DNA of 63,717 nt, counting the filler, from Craspedostauros australis (Eukaryota): assembly GCA_030167865.1 (NCBI GenBank). It is 9 parts of 9 records of this genome, joined end to end, with 100 filler letters (N's around TTAATTAATTAA, not from the genome) between each part and the next. Parts side by side here need not be neighbours in the genome. Positions count along the whole stretch, not along the records: positions 1 to 7,539 come from JALAGF010006023.1; positions 7,640 to 15,898 come from JALAGF010006026.1; 7 more parts are not named here. One strand, 5' to 3'. Below the pieces are notes generated by a model. The model was given only the letters and a program-made list of their open reading frames with translations, was not told the DNA's origin and ran no database searches. Of this stretch, positions 1 through 12,256 are shown one piece after another. Position 1 is the stretch's first letter. Each line of letters opens with the position of its first letter. A program made the translations under genes and the position numbers.

Positions 1-21
1 GAAGATGCCGGCCTGAACGAG

Positions 22-1131
22 GTGAATGAGCAGCACGCGCAGATGTCGCACTGGCTGATGCAGCTCGCGAACGAGAGGCACGGACGAAACTGGGAGAAGA
101 TCGATCAGTTTGTGGAGAGCGTGCGTGCCATAGGTCCTCCTGTTGATGCAGCTCCTATTGATGTCGCACAACATGGCCAGGATGAAGGGAGTGCGCTGGA
201 TCTGATCGGATCGACCGATGGTGGCGACAATGTAACGCGGCAACGCATGATGCCAAAGAGGTTCGATGTCATCGGCGATGTCGCATACCTCCATTCCTTG
301 CCAGATGGCGACGACAACTCGCACACACCGGAAGAGATGGGCAAGGCCATAATGAAGAAGAACAAGGCGACCAAGATGGTCGTTGTGCGCGAGTCCAACA
401 TGGAATGCAGCGAACGGGCACCTGAATCGTTGCGGATCTTGGTAGGAGCACAGCGATCGCCACTCATCACGACGCATACCGAGTACGGTATCAAATGCGT
501 CGTGGATCTCGAGCAAACCTTCTTCACTCCGAGGATGGGACCGGAGCGGCTGCGGATCTGCCAGCAGGTGGCAAGAGGAGAACGCGCATTGGTGTTGTTT
601 GCTGGCGTCGCCATGGACGCACTCCAAATCGCTGGGCGGACGGAAGCATCTGCTGTCATCGCCGTTGAGCTGAACGAGGTGGCGGGGCGTTGTGCGCATC
701 TCGCTCATGCGATGCTGAAGCGGAACAAGGCGGTGAAGTGCACCGGTGCCTCCGAACGGCTAATCATTCTGCAAGGCGACATCATGGACATCGTCCCGTC
801 CTTCCCCAAGGATCAATCCCATCTCTTCCATCGCACCTTGGCACCGAGACCGAAGGAGGGCGTGATGGATGGTGATCTGGGTATGGGAGATGGTGGATCG
901 TCCTTCTTGGATGTGTTCCTGCCGTATTTGACGCCGAACGGAGGCGAGTGTCACTGGCACGACTTCGTCGCAGACCATGAATTTCCTTCGTGTGAGCGAA
1001 CGACATCATCGCCATCGGGAATGTGCGAAAAGCACGGACTGAAGATGACAGTCCTGCACGTCGCCAACGTCGGCAGCATCGCTAAGAGGCAGCTCAGGGT
1101 TTGCATCGACTTGAAGGTGTCGCCGATATGA
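22..1131 (+). CDS. SAM-dependent tRNA methyltransferase, Trm5/Tyw2 (Met-10+) family; probably 5'-truncated
   Basis: Motifs FDVIGDVAYL, THTEYGIKCVVDLEQTFFTPRMGPERLRI, the SAM-binding LVLFAGV and AVELNEVA. The frame is open back to the window start. Confidence 0.75.
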   Translation: MNEQHAQMSHWLMQLANERHGRNWEKIDQFVESVRAIGPPVDAAPIDVAQHGQDEGSALDLIGSTDGGDNVTRQRMMPKRFDVIGDVAYLHSLPDGDDNSHTPEEMGKAIMKKNKATKMVVVRESNMECSERAPESLRILVGAQRSPLITTHTEYGIKCVVDLEQTFFTPRMGPERLRICQQVARGERALVLFAGVAMDALQIAGRTEASAVIAVELNEVAGRCAHLAHAMLKRNKAVKCTGASERLIILQGDIMDIVPSFPKDQSHLFHRTLAPRPKEGVMDGDLGMGDGGSSFLDVFLPYLTPNGGECHWHDFVADHEFPSCERTTSSPSGMCEKHGLKMTVLHVANVGSIAKRQLRVCIDLKVSPI

Positions 1132-1381
1132 GCACCATCGTAGAGCTCTGCTTGCTACATTTGGGATTGATCAATTCACATCTTCTACTCCGCCCATGCT
1201 TACTCTACATGAAACTCAGCTCTGTCTTGCACTTATCAATTGCTTTACGGGTGTGCAGCGCAAGATGCTGTATGGTACTCGTACTGCGTCGATCCTCGCT
1301 TGGGCCCTCACTTGGAGCGCTTCTAGCGTTCGTTCGCACCTTGCTGGCCATCTTGGTGTCCTCTCCATTGGTGCTCCTTGA

Positions 1382-4300
1382 TCACTTGGATGATTTGGCG
1401 GACTTGCTCGTTTTGCTTTCTTTCGATGATTTTGACCCCTTCGCTCCCTTCGTGCTCCAGGCCAGGGTTGGTTGAACAGATGGTACGGACGAGGGCGGGA
1501 GCGGGAGCGATGGTGCGGAGGATGGTACGGACGAGGGCATGAACGATGGTCTGGATGACGTCGAAGGCGACGGTGCGGATGACGGTGTGGGAGAGGGCAT
1601 GAACGATGGTCTGGATGACGTCGAAGGCGACGGTGCGGATGATGGTGTGGGAGAGGGCATGGACGATGGTCTGGATGACGTCGAAGGCGACGGTGCGGAT
1701 GACGGTGTGGGAGAGGGCATGAACGATGGTCTGGATGACGTCGAAGGTGACGGTGCGGGTGATGGCAGAAGCGATGGCGTAGCGGATGCCATGTCCGATG
1801 GTGTACTCGAAGCCAACACTGTCAGAGAGTCGGTTTTGCAGAACTCCAACGATCCCATGAAGAAGTCGTAGTAACCTTCATAAGCGGCATCCGGATACTC
1901 TCCAACCTCTTCGCTTGACATCCCTGGGAACATGATGAACGGGCATTCCTCACATTCGAACCAGTCTGGTGGTGTAGGCTCGTAGTCCTGCGTGGCATCC
2001 AACAATGATTCTGTCTGTGTATCCACACGGATGGCGACCACGCCGTCGGCCTCCGAAACAGACAGTGGTGGATCAAATGTGATCACAGCTGTGAAATCTT
2101 CGNNNNNNNNNNNNNNNNNNNNNNNNNNNNNNNNNNNNNNNNNNNNNNNNNNTCCGATGGTGTACTCGAAGCCAACACTGTCAGAGAGTCGGTTTTGCAG
2201 AACTCCAACGATCCCATGAAGAAGTCGTAGTAACCTTCATAAGCGGCATCCGGATACTCTCCAACCTCTTCGCTTGACATCCCTGGGAACATGATGAACG
2301 GGCATTCCTCACATTCGAACCAGTCTGGTGGTGTAGGCTCGTAGTCCTGCGTGGCATCCAACAATGATTCTGTCTGTGTATCCACACGGATGGCGACCAC
2401 GCCGTCGGCCTCCGAAACAGACAGTGGTGGATCAAATGTGATCACAGCTGTGAAATCTTCGCTCCCTCTCGCCTCGATCGTTCCGGACGCGATTTCTGTC
2501 CAGTCACCAGGTGCGTCCCACGTGCTTGGACGGTAGAAGATGGTGTATGGTTGGCTCCCAGTCGATGGTAACACGAGCCTCATGCCCGTGATGTCGATGC
2601 CGCTCAATATCTCAATATCGTATCGTGTAGACGCAATCTCATCTCTATAGAATTCACGTGGGAGACCTGCCGTCTCTCCACTGAGACATGAAGTAGTCGG
2701 CGCCTGTGTGGGAACGATAGATGGTCGGGTCGTTGGTGATACTGTCGTTGAAGGAGAAGCCGATCCAGTTGGCATCTCGGTGTCCAGATCATCGCAGAAC
2801 TCGAGTGAACCAATGAAGTAGGGGGAGTAATTGGGGAAGAAGCTGGGCGCACTGTCTCCAATTTCAAAACTGGCTTGTCCAGAATACACATCAAATGGGC
2901 AAAATGGACATGAGAAAGTATCGGATGGTGCGATGCGTGCGGAGCTCTGGCTTGAGAATTGAATTTGATTGGCCATGTCGATGCGGAAGGAAACAGTGCC
3001 AGTATTCGCTGGCAGGAGCAGAGGTGAATCAAACGGAAGGGTGGCCGTATAGTCATCCGAATCTGTTTCTCCGTTGTTTCCCGATGCGATCTGAGTCCAG
3101 CTGCCATCCACCTCCCAGGTATCTGGTCGGAAGAAGATCGTGTACGGCATATTGGAAAAGCCAGGGGCCACGAAAAGCCGCATTCCGGTGATTTGAACGT
3201 CTCTAAGTGTACGCAAATCGAATCTGAAGGACTTTGTGATGTCATCAAACAAGCCTCGACGGGACCTTGTGTATTCCCACTCTCCGCACTGTTCTGTGGG
3301 AGCTTGGCTGGGGGGTGCGCTTGGTATGTTGGAAGGTGGTGCTGATACTGATGGCGCAACAGAAACGGATGGTACAATGGATGGCGATTGGCTGAACTCC
3401 CCTTTCACGCTCACCGTCGCACACATTGGAGTTGCTGATTCATCATCGATGTTGGAAACGGAAATGACGAGGCCATCCAAGATCTTTGTGTGTCCAATCC
3501 CAAGGGACCTGTACGACGGTTGGGTCATGTCCAGGATGGCCTCTAACTCGGATGTCCCCCCATCGCGTGGAGTCTGATCACGTGCCGATGTGACGAGCAC
3601 TTGGTTTCTGCCTAGTGACGAATCGGCATTGAAACCGATGGCTCGGTTAAACGCGACGTAGTAGTTGGAAATGCTCTCGGGATCATCGATTCGGATGATG
3701 ACATGGTAGCTTGTATCGGTGGGATCATAGTCTACCACACCACAGAGTCTCCCTTCGAAGTCGATGGGTTGGCTTGCCGTGAGTGTGACGGTCTGATCAG
3801 AATACCATCCCATTTCCCAACTCTTGGCCCCTTTGAGATGGGCGTGTTCGATTTCAGTTGGTTCCGTTTGGGACGTGAGTAGATGTGCGGAACATGGCAT
3901 GCCGTATGGTGAGTGCACGCGTTGTGGTTTTAGGTTTGGTGGGAGAGACAAAACAAACACGGCAAGGCAATTGCATTGGAGAGACGAGTCAGTGGCCACA
4001 CGAGTATGGCGGGAATAGCCCAACATGCCCCGGTCAATGAACGTCATAGATTGGGCGGCAATTTCGATCAGCAATTCCCGACAAGCGCATACAAACGGAT
4101 CAGTGAGAGCTCCACTGGTTGAGTCCCCAGATTCCGCCCGCTGCGTCATGCAGAGTGTTCTTTCGATGATGAAATTGGCTGTCTCAGGATAAGGCATCGA
4201 TCAGGCTCTGCATTGATGGACATGTGATCTGCCGCCATCAGATCTGAGGATGCTTACCGTTGTAACCCGAGAGCGCAGAAAGTGTTTCGTTGAAAAATTG

Positions 4301-5770
4301 AGTGTAATTCCTACCACCCATGGCCCCACTGCGCGATTCATTGCAGACATGTTGATCCGCCAAGGAGAAATGACAGAAACAAGCCCAGCAACAGTACAAA
4401 AGGAAAGAGAAAGCGAAAGAGCGGCAGAGAAAGTGAGTGTATGCGTGCATGCAGAGGTGGTGAAGTGGTTGTTAGAAGCTAACACCATGCAGCTTCGGCA
4501 GTTGTACGTGAGCTCCAGATCATCTTCGGGTTCTTACCTTCGGTCTTCGTACTCTATCCCAAATCGATTGGAATGGTGCAGGCCGAAGTTATGACCAAGT
4601 TCGTGGATGATAGTGTCCAATTGGAACCCCCGGTGTGCGTTTGGGTAGTCTTTAATACCGTTGTACACGCTGATTTCATCATGCAAGTATGCGTAAGCTG
4701 AGATTTGTCGTTGGGCATGAAGCACGTTATGGACGACATGTTGGATTCGCATGGAATGACATAATTGAATGGGTGAGTAGATTGCGGTGCTTGGAAACAG
4801 AGCAAACAAACCGATCATCTCAGTATCACACTCGTATAATACGGTGGATCCAATCATAACCGCAGTGTCTTGAGCAATGATCTCGCCGGCCTGTGGAGAT
4901 TTGGGTTCACGTCAAGGAGAATCATCTCAAACGATGCCCCGTCATCATCACTATTCATGCCGCAGAAGCGCACAAGACAGTTTGCCGCGCTGCATGGCGG
5001 TGCATGTGCCATTTCCCAAATGGGACGCCCGTTGCCGAAAATGGCACTGAAACTTACCAGCCCAGGCTAGGCCAGATGTACCACTACTGTCAGTCGAATA
5101 CGGCATCAAAATCATGAAATGATCGAAGTCGTCAAAGATCTTAGCCTCCAGCGCCAGGTATTTCTTGACGTAGTTTTCAACATCCGTGTTCTTGAGAGTG
5201 TAGGGATCAACTTCAGAAGGATAGTGAATTGTGAGGATCCCATCGTCGGTGCCATTCGTTGGCATTGTGGAAAGCGAAAGCTTGCCGAACGACATGGCCT
5301 CGAACTGGTCGGTGAAATTGGGCTGCGCATTGAACACGTTGTCCACAATGAGAGATTTTGGGACAGTGTAATTGTTCTGAAACACAACCTGAATCAGGAG
5401 GACCTTCTTGTCTCCAACGCCCAACACATCTGGAGTGTCCAGTGCGCGTCCATGCCCGTGTCCATCCGTATGTCCATCGGTATGATGCCCAAGCAGCATG
5501 TCATTGATGGTCATGCCATCCGGCAGCTTCAGCGTGAAGTTGCTGTCATCAACGATGACGTTCTCCATGAAGATGGTGTGCTGGATGGTGGCGCTGGGGA
5601 ACGCTTGGCGATCGATCGCCCACTGTTCCGTCAATCCATCGATCTTCATGTCGATGGGACCATGGGATGTGGCATCGGCTCCTCTGAGCCTGCAGAAAAG
5701 GTCGATTGCATCGGTTCCATCAGTGAAACCGGTGATGCGCGCGATGATGAGGCATGGTTCCTTCAGGATG

Positions 5771-5802
<32 letters not shown>

Positions 5803-6129
5803 GGTCTGATTGTCGTTCGGATTGAAATGGATTGAGTGAGATCGATTGGGTGAAGGTGTGGTGGTTGTGAAAAGGGTGAATATTTGTACCGTATGTAGAG
5901 TGGAGGGTGGAGGGAGACGGAGTTGAGCAGACGCGGAATGCAAGGTTGAGAATGGATGATGAGATGGTGTGACCGACCCATCCACGGTCACAAGAGAGAG
6001 AGAGGGAGAACAACCATCGCAAAGGGTCGTTTCACTCACCGTTTGAGCTGCAGCCGATGTTGCAGAGACTGCAATCACCGCAAGCAGCGCGGCAATGAGG
6101 GTTTGTCGATAGGAATGCGAGGCTTTCAT
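1382..6129 (-). CDS. Multi-exon secreted zinc metalloprotease (peptidase M11/gametolysin-like) with two repeated extracellular domains, Pro/Ser/Thr linkers and a KxxK tail
   Basis: N-terminal hydrophobic signal (ORF 4951..6129). Metzincin motif HELGHNFGLHHS then EYEDR (ORF 4534..4857), ending at a GTAAG donor near 4538. MLGYS and GAKSWEMGWY follow in ORF 2083..4197. ORFs 1382..2086 and 2083..4197 join once the artefactual overlap at the N gap is collapsed. Exon boundaries are only partly resolved. Confidence 0.75.
1533..1762. repeat. 60-bp coding tandem repeat, about 4 units (PSPTPSSAPSPSTSSRPSFM)
   Basis: The unit gagggcatgaacgatggtctggatgacgtcgaagg... recurs at 1533, 1593, 1653 and 1713. 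Confidence 0.95.
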
Positions 6130-7539
6130 GATGGACGAGGGATGGAATTATGATTGCAATTGGAGGGACAGGCACAGATAATAGCTCGCATAATACCTCC
6201 TGCAGCCATTCCTTCGCCAACCACCATCGTTGCGTTTTGGTGCCGACGAGCGTGGACATTGCTTTCGCTCGTTTGATTGGGCCGGCACAGACTTCGTACA
6301 ACACGCTGTTGGACTCTCATGAAGTACCGACAACGAGCGCAGCGCAGCACAGCACAGAGCACGGATGCGATGTGGCCCACAAGAGGAGATCAAGGAGAGT
6401 GAAGCTCCCCCGCCTGCGACGTTGCATGTTCATGGGTGGAGACTGCTCCTTCGTGGCCAGAGCGTGCAAGATGAGTTCAATAATGCTGCCTGTGCCAAAC
6501 AACCAAGTTCACTCGAGGTGAGAAGGGGCGCCCTTGCAGATCGTGGACATCACCGAATTCGGCGTTGTTCTGTCGCTCTCGGGCACTCTACACTTAAGAC
6601 AACCTCGAGAGTGACATGTCCCACACCCTGCAACCGACATGACACTCGTTGTCCGTCACTTGTAACATGTCACTTGTGTCTGGTTGATAAAATGCCACAG
6701 ACAAATTTGTTGTTCTTTGGTGGCCAACAATCGCGCGAAGGCTGTTTGCTGGAACCTCACAAGGCAAACATTGTATGAAAGGAGCGAAGCCAAACGAGAT
6801 GAGTTCCAGCCAGATGGATGCCTAGGCGTGAGGGCGACCAGAAGAACATGAACGCACGCGCACTGTGGCGGTGATGACGATGGTACGAACTACGAGCAGA
6901 CAACAATCGCGGCGATTCAGCAACGGAGGGATCCGCGAGTAGCGCAGCTATCCGTACGAGGCTATGGTCGAGGCTATGGTCGAGGAGGACGACCAATCGG
7001 AAGTGCTGACGTGAGAGGGAAACCGAAGCAGAAACAAGACCGTTCGGAACAGAACCAGGAAGTGGTAGAATGTTCATGGGAATCAAGGCATCAGATGACG
7101 CAAGAATGTTGTGGGGAGAGGGACGTTGCTTGTGTAGCTCACAGGATTGCACTTGACAAGTATAGTAGAATCGATAATATTAAAATACTCGCAGCCTTTC
7201 CGCGAAGGAGGAGGATGGACATTGCTGCTGATGATGATACCCAACACATGCATGCAGAGCTTGATGGAACACAAGTCGTGCGAAACCTGAATTGGAAGTA
7301 CCTACTATTCTATATATTAGTAGTAGGACTTCAGTGCCTTCGAGATCCATGCGGTGATGGTGCGGTGATGGTGCGTCGATTGGTTCCATGAACGGAGAAA
7401 GGAGGAAGATCTTGTGTCAGTCCTTGCTCAGGGTCTTGCAAGAAGAAGTCCGTCTCTTTCGCAGGTCGTAGACCGCAGATGAGAGTGGACTCTCTAGACC
7501 ACTGTAGACTATTCTCAGCGAATCGAGGATGCGAACAGC

Positions 7540-7639
7540 NNNNNNNNNNNNNNNNNNNNNNNNNNNNNNNNNNNNNNNNNNNNTTAATTAATTAANNNNN
7601 NNNNNNNNNNNNNNNNNNNNNNNNNNNNNNNNNNNNNNN
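7540..7639. other. Artificial scaffold linker N-TTAATTAATTAA-N (also 15899-15998, 34970-35069, 47457-47556, 50944-51043, 53293-53392, 58001-58100, 61936-62035)
   Basis: Identical 100-nt construct at eight positions, with a 12-mer that gives stop codons in all six frames. Confidence 0.97.
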
Positions 7640-9670
7640 CCGTCGTGTTGTTGTATGCTGTCATTGTGGTTGCTGTTATTGTTGTTGTTGTTGTGGTTTG
7701 TGGGGTGGATGGATTTGTATTTTTGTGAGAGGAAGGTTGATCCGCTTTGTGTTGCTTTGCTTCCCATAGACACCACAGAGAGGATGAAGAAGGTGCCAGC
7801 TTGCCGACCCAAGAGCGACAACCTCCGCAATCTGTCATACAGGTTTCAGTCATGGCGGAATACATGCGAGTGCAGAGGACACAACGCCCTGGAGCAGCCT
7901 CAGCCACACTTCCATCCCCAAGCATTGGTCTTGTTCGGCACACAGGAAATACACGTGAGGCCATGAGCGGCGAGTACTCGCAAAACACACGAAGTTGTGG
8001 TGTTGTGTGGTGAAAGTGAGCTTCGTGCAAACGTTTGGAAACATGAACACCGGTTTGTCATGAATTCGTTGCCACGTCCATCCTTGGCGGCCAATCAGAA
8101 GCCTCTATCAGTCTTCCGTCAACACAACTCCAATGATCTCACACCCGACCACGAACAACACGTTACGAAAGACAACATCCCTTCTCCCCACACAAAGAAC
8201 AACAACAACCCGAGATGCACAGTTGGGCGTGCTGGCCGTGGATGACTTATCCTGTCCATTCCAACTGTTAATTGGCTCTCGGAGAAAAGCCCATAAATCC
8301 GCAAACATCATCATCATTGNNNNNNNNNNNNNNNNNNNNNNNNNNNNNNNNNNNNNNNNNNNNNNNNNNAATTGGCTCTCGGAGAAAAGCCCATAAATCC
8401 GCAAACATCATCATCATTGCGCTACAAGTACTCAAGAGAACAAGAACAAGAACAACAAGACAACGGCCCTTCACGACCCAACCAGTTCACATTTTCACCA
8501 AACAAGATGGAGCAAACTGGTTGCAGAGCAACTGCAGAGAGGAGGATGGATCGCCTGCATGGTATGCATGGCGAAGATGGTATTGGTCCGTATGATTGGA
8601 TCCGTATCACCATGATGATGATGATCAGAAGCACGCGAGACGTCGCATTGCCAGCAGTCTATGACTGTGTGCGGGTCTGTGTTCTCGCATTTGCAGCTGC
8701 GGATGCTGCCGCGATCGCCCGCCACAACTGTACGTCATACTCAGACTCAAATAGCAAGGCACACAGAGTCGCTGGTCTTCAAGTGTCGCACGATTGGTGA
8801 CGGTGCTCAAGTTGATGTTCCCTGTCAATGCTCCATCATCATGAAAGCTGCTGGACTACTGGGTTGCATGTACATGCTTCGACCATGTGTAGGTCGTATG
8901 TGTGGGGATGATGAGACGTGCGCATCTATCCGAGTATGAATACCTGTTGAGAGAGAAGAGGAGGAAGGATGGCACGATCAGGAGGATGTCCATGGTTCGG
9001 ACTTGCAGCGCGCGAGTATCGTGCTGNTTTGTGTTGCTTGGCGTGACGGCATCCATGGACTGGTCTGCATGGTGAGAAGTTTTGCGTTGCCACTCTGCCG
9101 TTGCTTGGACCAAAGTATGTGGTATGTGATATGTGATTTGATTTGGGATTGGGATCACCACACAAGACCAACCTCTCCGCGTTCAATGGTGTTGTTGCAT
9201 CAGTACTCTTGCCTCGTTCGTAAGCGCATGTCGAGTGTTTGTGTGTGGGCACCAAATGTTCGCCGTTGGCGTGGACTGGTGAATGACGTGTTTCGACAAC
9301 CAACCAGATCGCTTCTTCACATTTCGGGATTGGTGATTGAGTCTCGTGGGGAGAACGGAGACGATAAGTAACGATTGGTCAAACTGGTGACGTTGCTGTG
9401 AATGGCGATTCTGCATGGAGCATCATGACTCCAACACCCACGTGTTGTTCTTCTCCCTCTGTACAATCTTCTCCATTGTGGTTGTGCTCGTGAATGTGCG
9501 CAACTGTGCGTTGGTGTGTATTCTTCCGATGTCCATCCTCTACTCTCAAAATCAAAAGCAACACAAACACAACAGCCACAACAACCACAACAACAACGAA
9601 GCAAAAGAGGACAATCAGACTCTACCCAATCAACAACAACAGCAATACACACAACACGCACAATACAATC

Positions 9671-10639
9671 ATGAACAGCAGCAACAACAGCAACAACAGC
9701 AAGCCAACCACATCCAGCGTCAAGCTCTCCCTCTTCCTTGGACTCGTCGTCCTCGCAGCACCATGCGCCAACAACCAAGCACAGGCATTCACCACAAGAC
9801 AGTCAACATCAACCAACACCCAGCTCTTCGCCACCATGTTCGAGTCCGAGCAACCATCGGCATCCCGTTTCGCATTCCTTCAGAACGCCAGACAAGCCAT
9901 CGCATCCAACGTGCCACAACAATCATTCCAGGATGCAGCCACACCTGCCGATCCTCTCTGGAGCACCACCGCCAACACTGACGCCACTCCATCCCTGCCA
10001 TCAACGTCGACATCCCGACGTGCATGGATGCATTCCATGGCTGCATTGGCCGTCGCTGCCACATGCACAACGGAACAGAAGCAGCTCAACCTGTCAGACG
10101 AGCAACTGGCACAGATCATCATCAGCGACATCGTCAACAAGNNNNNNNNNNNNNNNNNNNNNNNNNNNNNNNNNNNNNNNNNNNNNNNNNNCATCAGCGA
10201 CATCGTCAACAAGAAGTCGCTCGTCACCGCCGATGTCACCAAATCCATCTACGACGAGCAGGCCACCTTCAAGGATGGATCCGACCTCGACGGCAAGTAC
10301 TACCGCGAGCAATGGGTCCGCGGCTGTCGCATGCTCTTCGACGCAGCTGAATGCGAGTCGCGACTCATCGAGGACACCCTTTCGGTGACCAAGCACGCCG
10401 TGACCTTCCGCTTCGAGGAGGACTTGACATTCCGCGGTCCATTCTCGCCCAAGTGCTTCCTGAGCGGAACCGTCGTCATGAAGCGCTGCCCAGTGTCCGG
10501 ACTGATCAAGTCTTACGAGGAGATCTGGGACAAGGATGTGTCAAGCATCGTGAAGTCTGCGAAGCTTCAGGGTGGCAACCGCATGACTGACCTCTTCATG
10601 GCTCGTCTTCAGTCTTCGGATGACAGCGTCATGGCGTAA
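9671..10639 (+). CDS. Plastid-targeted DUF2358/NTF2-like protein, possibly thylakoid lumen
   Basis: From ATG 9671: hydrophobic signal, AQA-F cleavage motif, Ser/Thr-rich transit region, twin-Arg SRRAW plus a hydrophobic stretch. The core contains LVTADVTKSIYDEQATFKD and GLIKSYEEIWD. Confidence 0.6.
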   Translation: MNSSNNSNNSKPTTSSVKLSLFLGLVVLAAPCANNQAQAFTTRQSTSTNTQLFATMFESEQPSASRFAFLQNARQAIASNVPQQSFQDAATPADPLWSTTANTDATPSLPSTSTSRRAWMHSMAALAVAATCTTEQKQLNLSDEQLAQIIISDIVNKXXXXXXXXXXXXXXXXXISDIVNKKSLVTADVTKSIYDEQATFKDGSDLDGKYYREQWVRGCRMLFDAAECESRLIEDTLSVTKHAVTFRFEEDLTFRGPFSPKCFLSGTVVMKRCPVSGLIKSYEEIWDKDVSSIVKSAKLQGGNRMTDLFMARLQSSDDSVMA

Positions 10640-10994
10640 ACGAATGCGCTGCAGCACCACGAGGCTTGTTGTGAAGCCTCACGCATCCCCGTGCACATTC
10701 TCGCACATCTCCACACACAATTTTTCACGCAAGGAAGTGAATCTCCTCACGACCGAGCACCAACACCAATACAGCAACCATATACACAGCAACCATACAG
10801 CACCCCATACACCATAGAACATACAATAGAATACATGCAATAGAATACACCAAAGAATACAATACACAATCGACCACTCTACAAACATCATCTTGTGTTC
10901 GCAGAGCATTGAACAGTCTACTCTCTGACTTGATGTCAAATCCACAGCGACAAGAAGCGACAACCATCACCAACTCATCCCCAACCAAGTAACC

Positions 10995-11726
10995 ATGGAT
11001 CCGCTTCAGCTCATCAAGTCGGTGTATTCCACCGGACTCCTCATCTTCTCGATCACCATCGTCTGTGGACTCATCTTCAATGAGCTGACCAAGGTCTCGT
11101 CCGAGGTCCACCCAGTGGTGGCCGTCACCATCATGATCAACGCCCTTGTCTGGCTCAACATGGTTGAGGGAGGACAGGGTTCCCTCGTTGGTCTCCCACC
11201 AGTCGACCGCGACCTCTACGTCGAATCCCACCCAACCGCCCACCAGTGTACCTCCCTCGCCCACAAGGGTGACAACCTCGATCGCTACCTCATGGGACGT
11301 CAGTTCATGGTTCTCCTCATGGTCTTCACCATCAACCAGTGCGGTGCCCCGCTCGCCGATGCCGAGGTCTTCGGACTCCCAGACATCATCATCCAGATCT
11401 TCCTCGGATCCGGAGCCGCCATGATCCTCATGACCGCCATGGCCGGACAGCTCAACTCCCAAGTCAACGCCTCCCTCTGTATGCTTGACTACATCAACAA
11501 CTTCTTCGCCATCTTCACCCTCTATGTCGCCCTCGCCATCGAGTTCTCCGGACTTCTGCACTCGTGCTACCTCGTCCAGATGTTCTTCGTCTGGGCATCC
11601 AGCAAGGAAATCGAGTCAAAGGAACCACCACGTGACGGTGCCCAGAACCTCTTCTACTGGGGCCGCATCCTCATCTCCCTCGCCATCCTGTGCTATGCCG
11701 TGGCTGTCACCCTCGTCGCCCTCTAA
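10995..11726 (+). pseudogene. SIT: Silicon (silicic acid) transporter, N-terminal part (about TM1-6), terminated by an inserted element
   Basis: Motifs VEGGQG, GDNLDRYLMGRQF, GQLNSQVNASLCMLDYINN. The TAA stop at 11724-11726 is the first triplet of the insertion. Confidence 0.93.
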
Positions 11727-12251
11727 TAGAGCTAAACTAGTAACCACCTTAGCAAGAGAGACTACGAATCATCCGACTCGTCAGCATTCCAGTAGATCGG
11801 ACGGACACTTCGCCGAACCCCACGTTTGGAGACAGATCCAGAACCTTGAAGCGGATCTTCNNNNNNNNNNNNNNNNNNNNNNNNNNNNNNNNNNNNNNNN
11901 NNNNNNNNNNNNNNNNNNNNNNNNNNNNNNNNNNNNNNNNNNNNNNNNNNNNNNNNNNNGCATCATCGCCCATTGTCTCTCACAGAACCCAGACAACGGA
12001 TCTCGACCCACGGTACTTGGGCTACACAACCCACACGCATTGTCATACAGGACATCACAGGAGATTCCCCTCGAAGAGAAGAACCATAGCAATAATCTCA
12101 TAATCCGCACGTTTCTTCACCATCTACCAGTATTCTAAATTGACTACTTGTGGAACAGAAGACTCTCATCCGGATTGCTTGCCAGTCAAGCCTCTGCCTA
12201 CAGCTAAAGAACAGCCAACAAGACAACAGCCATTACGTTTGGGCTCTATTA
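11724..12251 (+). mobile_element. ~530-bp non-coding insertion element (solo LTR- or MITE-like), 5-bp TSD CCCTC
   Basis: Ends are TAATAGAGC and GCTCTATTA. CCCTC lies at 11719-11723 and 12252-12256. Removing the element restores GCC CTC TTT GAT GGA (ALFDG). A second copy is at 34172-34702. Confidence 0.93.
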
Positions 12252-12256
12252 CCCTC

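Noticed and set aside
1533..1762. CRISPR-like array
   Set aside because: Whole 60-bp units repeat with no unique spacers. It is an in-frame coding repeat, and there are no cas genes.
1794..2462. Apparent third domain copy / tandem duplication in the protease
   Set aside because: Exact duplicate on both sides of a 50-N gap; an unmerged contig overlap.
7584..7595. Recurring TTAATTAATTAA as a biological motif or TTAA target site
   Set aside because: Always centred in 100-nt N blocks, so it is an artificial joiner. Gene order across it is meaningless.
11724..12251. Insertion read as an intron of SIT
   Set aside because: It lacks GT...AG ends and has TIRs, a TSD and a dispersed second copy.
12140..12256. 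N-terminal extension MTTCGTEDSH... of the second SIT ORF
   Set aside because: It starts at TTG inside the inserted element and is a chance in-frame read of TE sequence.
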